Shown here piece by piece: positions 45,196 to 57,100 of a stretch of DNA of 64,000 nt; the first letter of the stretch is position 1, and every line of letters starts with the position of its first letter. A program made the position numbers and the translations under genes. Below the pieces are notes generated by a model. It saw nothing but the letters and a program-made list of their open reading frames with translations. It had not been told where the DNA came from and did not search any database. Source of the DNA: Diplonema japonicum (taxonomy: Eukaryota > Protista > Euglenozoa: Diplonemea). The stretch spans positions 186,001 through 250,000 of the forward strand of contig OZ025658.1 in NCBI GenBank assembly GCA_964019335.1, in the 5' to 3' direction.

Positions 45196-47407
45196 TTAAG
45201 TTGACGACCTCCGCCGCCTCCGTTTTCTTTCCTTGTCGTGGCGGGAGTCTCTTCGCGACGCCTTGCTGTCCCGCTTACGTGTAGCCTGAGGGTTTATTTT
45301 TTCCCCCACTTTTTTCTTTTTTTTTCCCTCCAACATACTGTGCTACCATCTGTTTTATCGCGTTTCCGTTTCCGAGTGTCGTTGTCCTGCGCAGATTTAC
45401 CCCCCTTTTTTTCTTATTGGCACGCACCTGTAATTCAGTAATAGCCTCATCGATGGCCGACAGCCTGTGAGTGCTAGTTGGGTCTAGATCCGCTAGGTCA
45501 TCCCACATGGGTTCTCTCTGTAGCAAAGAAAGCAAATCGTGTTTGGGGGTAGAGAGGGCATCTGATCGGGAGGCTATGTGGGACTTGAGCCGGGAGATTT
45601 TGTGAGAGAGAAGGTCTTCGCGGTCTTGGACCCTGGACCTGCATTGGTGGAGGAAAGCTTCGATGGATGAAATATGCACCGGCGGCGTGAGGTCGGAGAA
45701 AGAGTCCGTCCGGGCGTCCAAAATATTCTTCAGCTTCTTTTTAAGCACCGCCCTGGTGAGGCGCTTCCTGTCTTTCTCGAAAGAAATGGTTAATTCGTCA
45801 ATTTTCATATCGAAAAGGTCGTGGCGTGCAGAGCTGCCCTGGAGCTTCGCGTAGATCGGTTCCGCTCGTATACAGTGCGAGAAATCCTTCCATTTTGTAA
45901 AGCAATGCAGGGCACCGTTGGCAACAGAGTCGCTTAGGAGCTTTAAGAACTCCTCCCAATGCGGTTTTTCGGTCTTCCGAGCTTCATGGGCAGCCCGCTC
46001 TTTTTGTATCTCCTCGAGGTTTTCCAAGTGAACAATGTATTCCTGATAAGCGAAGGTACGGCAGTCCTCAGATGCACCTGCGTACCTAGGGTCTTTCTTC
46101 TGTGTTGATGTCAAGCATTGCGAGATGGTCAGCTGCCTTGCGTCCGGAAGACGAACGTCGGCTTCTTGCAATAATTCTCCGAGACCCTTCGCCATAGTGA
46201 TTTGCGTCTTTCTTCGCTTTTCTTTGGTCCTTTCGTCCAGCTTTGCCATGAACTCGTTGAAAGCTCTCCGACGCTCGCCTGCGTTTTCCATGCCCTTCCA
46301 TGCCTCGGTGTCCCCGTAAAGCTGCGCACCACTGTCGTATGATATCGGAGAAGACAGCTCGGCACCCGACAGCATGGCTTGGAAGGCCTCGTAAGCGTGT
46401 CTCTTCTGTCGTTTTTCGGCGTCCTTGCGCTCTCTCAGGGTTTTCTCACAGTATTCCTTGAAGGAGTTCACCTTGTCTTTCTTAGACTTAAGTGCTGAGT
46501 ACCTTTCGTCTGCGATGAGCGTCTTCAAGACGTCCTCCCAAGCTGCCTCGGGATCCACCTTGAGATCGACTAACATGTTTCGAAACGCCTCCACCCTCTC
46601 CTTTTTATTCCCGTAGATACGTTCTTCTTGTACTTCTTGACCGGCGAGGCTCGCCATGCTTCCTGTGGACATGCGAGGCGGCATTATTGGTTCGGGTTCG
46701 GGTGAGGGTTGTCGATCTTTCTCCACAGATGGTGGCGGGGTGTTGGTGTTGTTGTTGCTGCTTCCCATCATTGCCTTCAGCTTTGCTTGTTCCTTTTGCT
46801 TCCGTAGGGACCTGACCTCTGGGGGTAAACTGTACACCGTTTTGTTCCTCCCTTTGTTGTGGTAGTACGACCTTCCTGTCTCGTCCTTGTACTCCACCCA
46901 TCCGGCCTCTGCTTCTCCCTGAGGAATATGCGCTGCGGCGGCTTTCTTCCTCTCCGCTTCTTCCCGTTTATGTCGGATGGGCTCCGGCTCCGTCCACGTT
47001 GTTTCCTTTGTTGTTTTGTGTCCCCAGTAGATTTTCCCCTCCGGGGTTTTGTACTCTGCCCAGTCCTCGGCTTTATCACTCGATTGAACAGGTGCGGGGG
47101 AAGGGACAGGCACAGGGGCAGGGGCAGGGGAAGGGATATTGCCCATCATCATCGGGTTCATGTGTCCCATGTACATCATCTGCATCTGCTGCATGTGCAT
47201 CATTTGCTGCATTTGAAACGCGTGCATATGATGATGGTGGTGGTGGTGGTGCTGATGATGGTGGTGGTGATGGTGTTGATGCTGGTGTGGTGTGTGCGCT
47301 ATGCTGTGCGCCTGCGCCACCTGTGCACCTTGCACCACCGGAACCTGAGGGGGAGTCGGTTTCGTCGTCAGTTCCGGTTGTTGTTTTTGCTGCTCCGGAG
47401 CAGCCAT
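45196..47407 (-). CDS. PRP40: PRP40-like splicing factor (WW and FF domains); join(45196..45285,45339..45386,45428..47407)
   Basis: Two WW domains and FF repeats. Introns 45387-45427 and 45286-45338 give an in-frame RS/RK-rich tail. Confidence 0.88.
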
Positions 47408-47612
47408 ATTCTCTCCCCCCCTTCCCTTCCTTTGTTTTCGTGTTTTTTGGGGAGGAGGGGGGGGGGGGGGAAGAAAACACTATGACACTTTTTTTTTGGT
47501 TCTTTTTTTTGAGTCCACGACGTGGGGTGCGGGTATCATTAAGCCTCAGCTTAAAAAAAGTAACCCTTTTTTTTTTCTTCTTGTTGTGTGTTTTCTTTTT
47601 CTTTCTTTCCTC

Positions 47613-48329
47613 TCAGTTGAAGAGGATATCAAGCGGGAAACGGTGGTAAGGCGCGGTATCTGCGATACAAGCCTCCCACGCAGTGTCGACTGCCGTGCTG
47701 GCAATGCGCGAGCAGGTGGGGTTGTGGGAAACGGAGAGAACAGCTCGGCGCTGGACACACTGTTGTCCGAGGGGGAGTTTCCCCCCGTCGCCTGCTATGG
47801 ACTTGCCCCGAAGGAGTTCCTCACCGATGGCGCATTCCCCTGAGAGCCGGGCTGCGCGGATCTCACTACAAGCGTGATGCAGACAGTCGGAGGGGTCGAC
47901 CAAGGCACGTGCATCGTCAAAGGCATGGAGGAGCTCATGCCGTAAAGCTATTTTAACTGTGTTGCTGGTGTGGCAGTCCTTCTCACTGACTGCGATATCA
48001 CCATGAGAGAGCCCTGCTTCGGGAACATCTCGCCAAAGGTACCCACCTTGCCCGGACAAGGTCATCGCCTTTGTTCCCCCTACGCACCGCACGCGGTCCA
48101 CCGTCATTTCCCTCCCAAGCATTTTGATCTCGTCCACGAGGAATTTTATCCCCCGGTTCTCCCACCAGAACTTCACCCATTTTTCGCATTGGCTGTGGTC
48201 CCGCTCCTGGTCCCACGGGTCCGCCACGCTCTCGGACGCCTGGTTCCACATCGTTGGCGGGGTTTTGTCGTCATTCTTATGGATATTCCGAGCGACGTTG
48301 CTCCAATATTTTTTTGTATTGCTTTCCAT
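47613..48329 (-). CDS. ATP23: Mitochondrial inner-membrane protease ATP23 (peptidase M76)
   Basis: HELLHAFD, HACSEIRAA.LSGEC, CV.RRA.LSV and C..DTAP motifs. Confidence 0.92.
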   Translation of the reverse strand: MESNTKKYWSNVARNIHKNDDKTPPTMWNQASESVADPWDQERDHSQCEKWVKFWWENRGIKFLVDEIKMLGREMTVDRVRCVGGTKAMTLSGQGGYLWRDVPEAGLSHGDIAVSEKDCHTSNTVKIALRHELLHAFDDARALVDPSDCLHHACSEIRAARLSGECAIGEELLRGKSIAGDGGKLPLGQQCVQRRAVLSVSHNPTCSRIASTAVDTAWEACIADTAPYHRFPLDILFN

Positions 48330-48451
48330 ATTTTCTTTTTTCCCCTCCCTTCCCCGCTTCTTCAGAATATGTTGCCACAAAAAGAAAATGGGGGGTATGC
48401 ATGCTGTACACTGTCATGAGGAGAAGGGGGAGGGGTAGAAATAAAGAAAAT

Positions 48452-48605
48452 CTAATGTCGCTTAGCTTGCGGGTAATAAGTCATATTGTTGAAGGCGCCT
48501 CTCTTCCCTTGCTGTTGAGGGCTGAAATTTGCCGCAGCAGCAGCAGCGGCGGTGGCCTGCGGAAGGAACTGCGACGCAGGGATCGTATTTCTGGGTTTTT
48601 TTGTT

Positions 48606-48641
<36 letters not shown>

Positions 48642-51623
48642 ATTCTTTTAAGGTGCGTTTTTGCGCTCACCGGCCGCGCTGTCCTTAGTCTCCGTTGTCC
48701 CCGTTCTGGGGGCTCTGGCGGGTTCCTACTGCGGTGGTAAAACTGCGGGGCAGCCTTGTCGGGGTCTGCGACAGGTACGTGTCACGCAAGCCTTCGATGC
48801 TGCTCATGGTTCGCTCCGGGAGTACTGGCCTCCTGTCATACCCGTGTGTGGTCGGTCCTCCTATACAGCGCGGGGAGTTGACGCGATCCACTCGCGCTGC
48901 TGGGAACGCCGTCCTTCTGCCATCAGCGTGGTACAGGTCCTGGACACGTCTCAGCACATACCTCAGCCTCCTTGCCTTGACGCCCAGGTCCTCCACCTTG
49001 CCCACTTCCCCGCCGTCGTCTAGCGGCAGCTCCATCTCCCGCTCGAAGTCGAGGGCAAGCTCCAGCGTCGTAACCGTCGTGTGCCGTCCAGGGGCGTCAT
49101 CCCACAGCAAGCCACTCAGCCACCTCAGCACCGGCCCCAGCAGCCTGTCCATCACCTTCCCCGATGCTCCCAGCCCACGTAATTCGGCCACCGTCGGCGT
49201 CGGGGTGTGCCCTTCCCGTCACGACCACCCGCCACGGGTATGTCTGCGTCTGCAATGCGCGGTTCGCTTCCACCGCCGTATCCCTCAGCGTGACCACCTC
49301 CAGCAGGTACCTTTGCACCAACAGGGCCCTCGGCTTGTCTTGGCATCCCCTGGGCACTATCCCGTGGAGCGCCGTCGCGTTCGGCATGGTCGCCGGGTCG
49401 AGGCTCGCATACTCTGCCTTGCCCCGCACCGCATCTCCGAGTTCGCATCGCCAGAGGGCGTGCTCCAGCACCTCGGTGTAGCTGCCGTAACGCTCCCCAC
49501 ACACGTCACAGAGGTGCTGCAGCGGGTTGTCCGGCCCCTCCGCCACTCCCCGCACCGCAGGGTACACCGCAAACACCGCCCCAGCAATCAGCCTCCTCAA
49601 CCTGTACGCCGCCATCGGGTTGTTCGCGAGCGCCCTCCACCACCCGTTCGTGACCGGGTCGGCCCCCTCCGGCATGCCGCTGTGGGAGGTCCTCCCTTCT
49701 GCTTGTTCCGCTGCTGTCATGGCCCGTGCCACTTGGCGGATCTCGTGCTTGCGTTCCCGCTCGGTCGCGGTACTCAGCCCCTCCACAAAACTCCAGCTCT
49801 TCCCGATCGCCGGCAGCCATCGTCTCACTAGGGTTCCCACTGGTCCCTGGGCTTCCACGTCGCTCTGCAGGTACAGGGCGGCACACCTTCCCATCCGGTC
49901 CCACAGCTCTGCATCCGACCTACCAACCTTCACCACCGTGCACAACAGTCGATAAAGCGTCACCACCAGCGGGTCCGTCGTGTGCCCCGGCAGCAAGATG
50001 TTCGCTACAGCACACGGTGAGCGCATCTTGAACTTCGGTCCCCAGAGGCATGTCGCAACTCTCGACCGGATTGTGCCTGCATCCACTTTCGAGGGGGGGG
50101 CATACGCAACACCGTAGAGGCAAGAGGGGAGGATGGAGCTGGAGATGATCCTTGCCTTCTGTGAGAATCCCAACGGCATGGCAGCCAGCCTTCCGCACGC
50201 CCGTTCCATTCCTACAAGGGGCTTGGCCCTGTGCTCGCCGTCCATGCAAACCTTGATGCCCAGGGCGCTGATCTCCGTCTTGGCTGCAAGCACTTCCCGC
50301 CCGCATTTCACCGACCCGGACCCTTCTGTGGCGAACATGTCCGTCTTCCTCAGGTTGAGACTCATCCCCGTTAGCAGAGAGAACTCGCCTACCCCCGCTG
50401 CCGCCTTCTCCAGTGCGCTGAGCAGAGCTGCAATCAGGTACACGTCATCTGCGTACGACAGGGAATCTGCCCCGGGCACCTCCGCCATGATCGCCCTCAC
50501 CATCACCAAAAAAAAAAAAGAAAAAAAAAGATCCCCTCACATACTTTGCAACCAAACCGTTATAATACTGAGAAAGAATGGCCGCGGAGTCCATGTCGCT
50601 GTCCTTTGAAGGGCTCTTACCATTTGCCTCGGCGGCACCCGACAGCAAAAGCAGTCTGTCCGACAGCAATCCACCGATTTCAGTACCAATCCATTGCTTG
50701 AAGGTGGGCTCCTCCAACGAGATTCTGTCTACCAAAGAAACAGCGGTTTCACCCTCGGGCCCGGACAGGGCCGCAACGACCTTGTAAAGGTAAGTGGTAA
50801 GCGGGTCTGAGGAATTCTGCCCCGCGAAGGATGCAGGGTCGGTTTTGTTCTGGCATATTGCGAAACACGATGGGATTTTTGTAGGCGGCAACACCCGCGG
50901 CCAGGTCAAGCTCACTCTGTCAAAGGTCAACCGAAGAATGTACAATATACTAGCAGAGAACTCCGATGCAATGTCGGGGACATGCAGTATAAAAGAACCA
51001 CCCTTCGACACTGACAACAAGGCAAGAAGCAGCCTCGCCACTGTGTACGCCCGTTGCGTTCGTGTTTTTGACCCGGCAGGCTCTGCCCCAAGAAGAACTT
51101 GCAGCCCGGCATTTCTCGTCCTTTGCTGCACCGCCCCCGTGAATGCCTTGATATTCGATGGCTCCCTTGGGTCGCCTGTTGTGTCTGCTCCTGTGAAGTG
51201 GAACGCCTTTGGAAGGAATCTCGTTGTTGGGGATTCTTCCAGCCTGGACATAGTCGACCCCATTCCTATCCCGTTTGCGGAGGGGGCGTTTTGTGCGGTG
51301 TTTGAAGCATGGCACAGGCCTTCCACCCAACCCCCTGCACCGCCTTCGATGTCGCCCAGCCATCCCAGGTTTCCCCCGAACTGAAATTTTCTCTCTAGTT
51401 CCAGGCACGCATAGGTGCTCCTGTCCAGGAAGCCCGGTAGCACCGGCCCGAGCACAGGGTCCACCTTCTCCAGGCACCGCAGCCCGCCCCTTTCGAAACA
51501 CGCCTCCTCGTGCGGGGCCAGGTCTTGCAACGTTTTCTCCGAGACAACTCTGTACTGCGGCCTGTCTACTTCCCCATCCCACGCGGTCTCCAGGCAGTCC
51601 CAAAGCTCTGCGAGATCCTCCAT
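48452..51623 (-). CDS. FtsJ/CMTR-like cap 2'-O-methyltransferase homologue; join(48452..48590,50545..51623)
   Basis: GDIEGGAGGW, GADTTGD and KGGSFILHVPD motifs. Removing the LINE-containing intron 48591-50544 joins VAK to NTIPASQF in frame. Confidence 0.75.
48640..50507 (-). mobile_element. 5'-truncated non-LTR retrotransposon (RT C-half, CCHC finger, C-terminal ORF) inside an intron poly(T) tract
   Basis: SYADD, LNLRKT and CDVC..EHALWRC; ends AAGAATAG followed by T32; preceded by T12. Confidence 0.92.
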
Positions 51624-51754
51624 TTTTTTTTCTCCTAACATTTTTGTCCCACAAATGAACAATAGGAAAAAGAAGAAGAAAAAAAAAGACTATTTTGTGG
51701 AAGAAAATAAAATAAAATCTATGGTACACCCCCCCCCTCCCCTTCCCTTTTCGG

Positions 51755-53101
51755 CTACAACCCATCACCAAACTGAGGCAGGTAAGTGTCCCGCCAGTTA
51801 GGATCGCACTCCGACGCTTCCTGCATCCGGAACCGTTGCGGAAGCCCGTGCGAGGTGACAAACGTGCTGTAGTCGGGGGAGAGGTACCGAGAGAACCAAC
51901 GCCGCGACCACGTTTTCATTTCGATAGACTCCGACGTTGCCCACAGCGAAGAGAGGAGGTCCTGCGCGGCCGTGGGTGACAAACACCACACGGAGGCACG
52001 CAACGACGCATGAACAGGTCTATGATCAGAGATGTGCATCTCATGCCTGGTATATGATTCACACGTCAGCCGGGTCCCCCGTGCATTCTTACTGTGGAAG
52101 AGAACACGGTCGCAGTACGCAGGTATTCGCTTTTTACCTTTTTCATCGCCGAGAGAACACGCGTATTCATCTGTACCGCGTTCATATTTGTATGTTGGCG
52201 GGAAATCGATGGGCGCCTCACAGAAACCTTCGAAAGACTCCCCCGTTTTCATGGTCCTCGCCAGCTGATCATGCGCCATTAAGGATGTGTATTGTTTCAA
52301 GGAGATTCGCCGTTTTGCTTCGTTTTCTGAGATCCCGACAAGACGGTAGTTTAAGTCCCCGAAGAACACGACATAGTCGTGGCAGGCAACGGTGACTTTT
52401 TTTTTTCGGGAGTCTGTGACCGAAGCGGTGTGGCATGCTGCTTGCAATGTGAAGACAGCGTCGTCTTGAATAGAGGTTTCGAAGGATAGTTCCGACATTA
52501 AATGTTCGAACGATTCATTTCGCTTCGCCCAGTTCTCCTCGTTGGGGACGAGGTGGACAGAGATGAAACAGAAAGACCTTCCTCGGAGGCTGAACCGCAT
52601 TCCTATACCCGCTTTGTTGCCTATCCTGCCGCCTTTGCCCTGTCTCAAGACATCCGAGGAAACATGGCGGACCTCGTGAGATATGTCCGAGCGCACGAAC
52701 ACGATAAGCATCAGGCCGACAACCTGCATGGGGCTGAGAACTTTATAGACGCCAGTTCCGCCTAGTTGTTGGTGTAGGTTTTGAAGCCACACGCTGCCTT
52801 TTTGAGATGTTTCCGATGCCAATGAACGCATGCTCATGTCGACTTCTTGCAGGGAAACGGCGATGATGTCCGGGCGGCGTAGTTTAACCCCTAGCCACTC
52901 CTCCATGCTCGCCACGGGAGGGCACTCTCCTACGTTCCATGTCGCGCAGGATATTTCAACTTCTTCTGTGTCCGGGGCGTATTTATCAGTCTGCAGCATT
53001 CTGTACACTGTGTTGCGTATCCGTCCGGAACGCTCGGAGTTGTCCTGAATCTGTTCCTCATCCACTGCGGAGATAGCCGACCCGCCTCTTCGCTTCCACA
53101 T
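51755..53101 (-). CDS. Inositol polyphosphate 5-phosphatase
   Basis: TWNV, GNKAG, FGDLNYR, PPTYKY, PAYCDRVL and SDHRPV motifs. Confidence 0.94.
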   Translation of the reverse strand: MWKRRGGSAISAVDEEQIQDNSERSGRIRNTVYRMLQTDKYAPDTEEVEISCATWNVGECPPVASMEEWLGVKLRRPDIIAVSLQEVDMSMRSLASETSQKGSVWLQNLHQQLGGTGVYKVLSPMQVVGLMLIVFVRSDISHEVRHVSSDVLRQGKGGRIGNKAGIGMRFSLRGRSFCFISVHLVPNEENWAKRNESFEHLMSELSFETSIQDDAVFTLQAACHTASVTDSRKKKVTVACHDYVVFFGDLNYRLVGISENEAKRRISLKQYTSLMAHDQLARTMKTGESFEGFCEAPIDFPPTYKYERGTDEYACSLGDEKGKKRIPAYCDRVLFHSKNARGTRLTCESYTRHEMHISDHRPVHASLRASVWCLSPTAAQDLLSSLWATSESIEMKTWSRRWFSRYLSPDYSTFVTSHGLPQRFRMQEASECDPNWRDTYLPQFGDGL

Positions 53102-53403
53102 TTTCTTTTCCTTTTTTTTTTGTACGTAATCAAATTGATATTTTAAAATACCCGGTATTACGCAAAAAAAAAGGGGGGGGGGCATAATCTTACGTACCCG
53201 TTATTGTAACGATATCGAATTAAATAACGTTATCTTACTCAGAATAACGTTATTTTATTCTGTGAAAAGCCCTATTTTGACGATGTGAGCCCGACCTCTA
53301 AAACCCAAAACAGAGCCTTATTTTAGAGAAAATTGGTTTTTTCGGAATTGTAATCAAAATGCTGGGTCAGGGTCGATTATTTACCCATATTTCAGGCAAA
53401 ACG

Positions 53404-53472
<69 letters not shown>

Positions 53473-54124
53473 TAGATATGATATGAATCCGCCCAGAAAG
53501 AAATGTGTTAAACAGCTTTCGGGAAAATAATCCTTTTCTATGTCGTTTCGATGCTAGTGGGTCGGCTTTGTGCATCTGGGGGCCCCGGGAGACGAATAAG
53601 TACCCGAACCGATTAAAATACCCGATTGGTATCGGTATACTGTACAGGCTATGTACATGATGGGTTAATTTCTCCATTAGTTCACCCCCCCCCCCCCGAT
53701 GAAGTAGGTTGACAAAAGTGAGTCTTCGTAAATACAGGTGAAAGCGGGAGAAAGAAAAAAAAAAGAAGAAAAAACGGAGTTGCATTGAGGAAAAGAAAAA
53801 GAGAAGGTGGAAAAACAAAAACAAAAAAAAAAAAAGCTTCCGCCTAAAATATGGCTCATCTCAAGGAAAGAGTCATGATACGGGAGGGAAGCAAAAAAAG
53901 AAGATAAAAAAAAAAGGCAAACCATTCTTTCTTTAACACAGAGATAATAAAAAAGAATGTTTTTTGTTTACCCCCCCCCCGAATGTTGTTTTTTGTTTAC
54001 CCCCCCCCACCCTGTAGAATATTTCCTCTTTTCCTTTTTTTTATATATAATATCATCCCCTTTGGAAAAAGGAGGGTAATAAGGAACATAAAAACGTATT
54101 CATCTATTTCTTCGTTTCTCTCAT

Positions 54125-57100
54125 CTAACTGTCCCTCCACTGCTCCGGTTCCGGGTCGTCAACCTGAAGGATGTCCACTTCACTAGTATTATCAGCCTTC
54201 TGCATATGACTTCTTGCTTTAAACCAGTCGGAAAGGTAGACAGCAGGGTACAGCGGCCTGTCCCGAAGAATCTCATGAACCGCCTTATTATTATTTTTTT
54301 TTTTTCCCTCCCAAAAAAAAAAACTATTCTGTTAACTGAATCGTCCAATACTACCTATAGGCGCTCTTGCAACGACCACCACAGCCATCGCCAACGTGCC
54401 AAAAAATGGGCTAAACTCGCACACTGGTGTGAGCTTCAAGGGAGCTAAACGTTTCAGACATGACGTGCCACACCCATAGGCCTCACGACCGGGGAGGGGG
54501 GGCATTTATCTTTCGCCCGTAAGCTAGAGTGCGCATGCATCCCCAGCTCGCTTTGGGAGGTGTTGCCAACACCTGGGTCGCTTCGCGGTCCGACCTGCTG
54601 CCCAATTCAAAGCGCGGTTGCGGTGAATCCAAGCCCCCTAAGCATCGACACGATTAACAAAGGGGTTTGTTACGCCGGGATATCTTGTTCACCAATGCTC
54701 CATACGCCCCCTGTTGCCAGTTCGCCGGATGAGCATACTGCAGGGACTTCCACTCATCCGTTGCCCGGTGGGTACCACGAGGAGGTCAGCAACAATTCTA
54801 TACTTTTGGCCACGTAGGGCCTGTTCTACATTTAGTATAGTCCCACCTGAAAAAAAAAAAAAGAGATGAGATAAAGGAGGTTCCTGTTTTAGAACGTCCC
54901 CCTTGTCTCTACTTATCTACCCCTTTCTCCCTTCTGGGGCCTCGGCCTTTCTTTCTTTTTTGGCTGTGTTGCCTTTCTCAAAGTATCCTCCCTTTCTTCT
55001 CGCCACTTTCTGCCCAGTTTCTTAAGGTCCTTCTTGGTTTTCTCTGATGCAAAAACTGGCCTTCTGTTCCATCCCAGACTCTTCTTCGCACCTATGGTTC
55101 TGAGCGCGTGGTTCTTCTTGCTCTCCGCTGGGAAGATCCGCTTGCCTCTGACCTTCTTCTGTATGCGTGCTGTGTCCCACCCTTCTTGGATTCTTTCCAG
55201 GAGGCCGTGGAAACTCCGCGCTTTCTTCTGTATCATGTCTAGATCACCCTTCTTCCCCGTGATCGGCTCGACGCCCAGCGTGTTCTCGAAGTCTAGTACG
55301 AGTTCCATTGTGGTGACTGTCGTCTTCCTCGGTCCATCGTACCACTTCAGCTTTTTGAGCCACTTGACGATGTCTTCACCGTGCTTCATCATCAGGCTCC
55401 TTCCATTCAGGTGGCGCATGAGCGTTTCCTTCCGTTATCTGTTCCCAGGGGTGCGTCGTGTACGTTTCTAGCATTCTCTTGTCCTGGAGAAGCTGGTCCC
55501 GTTTTGCCACCACTTCCAGCAGGTAGTATTGCGTCTTCCTCAGCCGGTGTTGGTGTGTTTGGTGACCACGCGGGAGCATTCCATGTAGCTGCATGCAGAT
55601 TGGCATTTCCGTCTTGTTGGCCACTACTTCTGCATGTACTTCCTTCTGTTGCACCTCCTTCGCCACACTGCATTCCCATAATGCGTGTCGCAGCATGTTG
55701 CTCTCGTCCTCCTCCGCATCGCACGCGTCGCATGTGACCTCGTCTGTTGTTGGTCTCTTGTTCACACGCTCGTGTGTCTCGTCCCCTTCCTCTTCCGAGC
55801 TGTCCTCGCTTTCGCTCTGCTCGCCCTCTGGGGGCCGTCTGGTGATTTTGTCCTGGTACCACGCCTTTGGGTGGGTGTAGAAAACCCCTCCCGCCACGAT
55901 CCTCCGGAGGTCTCTCGCTGCCATTGCTCCTTGTGGTCCGAGTCTCATCAGCTCTCGCCACAGGTCGTTCGTGCGTGGGTCTGCGCCCCGGTCTAACCCC
56001 TCCATCGAGCGTCTTCTGTCCTGTATGTGTTCCGCACGTCCTGACCTTAGCTTTTCTCGCACTACATGTGCGAATTTGTCCTTGTTCTCAGCTAGCATTT
56101 CGGTGAATTGCCCCCAGTTTGTGCTGATCTTCGGGAGCCACCGCTTCATCGCGTTGCCTATCGGGCCCAAAGGTGTCGTTCTTGTCGGGTCTTGGTACCC
56201 TTTGGCAAGTCTCTGGCACCGCTCCCACACCTCTCCCAATTTTCGTCTCGTTCTGTATATGGCTGCTAGTGCTCTGTAGGGCGCTGCTACCTCTGGGTCG
56301 TGTGTGTGTCCGCTGAACAGGTTTGACAGCACCGCCGCTGGTGATCTTGTTCTGTACCTCGGTCCCCACAAGGCGTATGTCGCGCTTGATGTGAGCGATT
56401 TGAGGTATCCTTCCGACGGCGGCGCGAATGCAACATCATACAGACAGCTGGGTAGCACCGTTGTTCGCAGGACTTCCGCTTTCTGCCAGAAAGAGAGCTG
56501 AGTGGTCGCGAGCCTCCGTAGCGTGTCGCCCGCCGCCCTGGCCCTGGTGTTGTCCGTCTGCGTCTGACCATCCGTGCGTATCCTCGCCCCCAGGATCTTA
56601 AAAAAGAAAAAAAAGAAATCATACATCCTCTACCATTTTTGCAATATGCTTTGCTTGTAAATATTCGATATTTTGAGAGCACGTGGCTGACAAAGGCTGC
56701 GCCAGATCGCTGAGGCAATGTCTTGAGTGCAAGGAGGTCGTGCTCTGCCCTTTTCGAGATCTTGTCGAACAGGTGCTTACTTGACGCGACAGCGCCTGCA
56801 AAGAATCACGTTTCTTAATAAAGGTCTCGAAATTGGTTAGCTTGGGCTTCCAGACAGGTGAACGCTGCTGTTCCATGAACTTGGGAACGCACCGCATAAA
56901 CTGAACGTTCTTGCAGTTAATAAGAAGACGCGAGTAGTACACATGAAGCAAGCTTCTCTTGTTTGTCCGTGCGAGAAGCAAAGCACAGGCGGCTTTGATG
57001 ATAGCGAAGTCAAATAATGTTTCATCGAACCTGCCTTCTCGGAGCTGGAGAAGCTTCACAGGGTCGGCAATGACCTTTGCAAGCTGTCTAAGCCGGAGTT

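Noticed and set aside
48640-48655. Resemblance of the element terminus to euglenozoan spliced-leader sequence
   Set aside because: Only a few bases match, and the conserved TTTCTGTAC core is absent.
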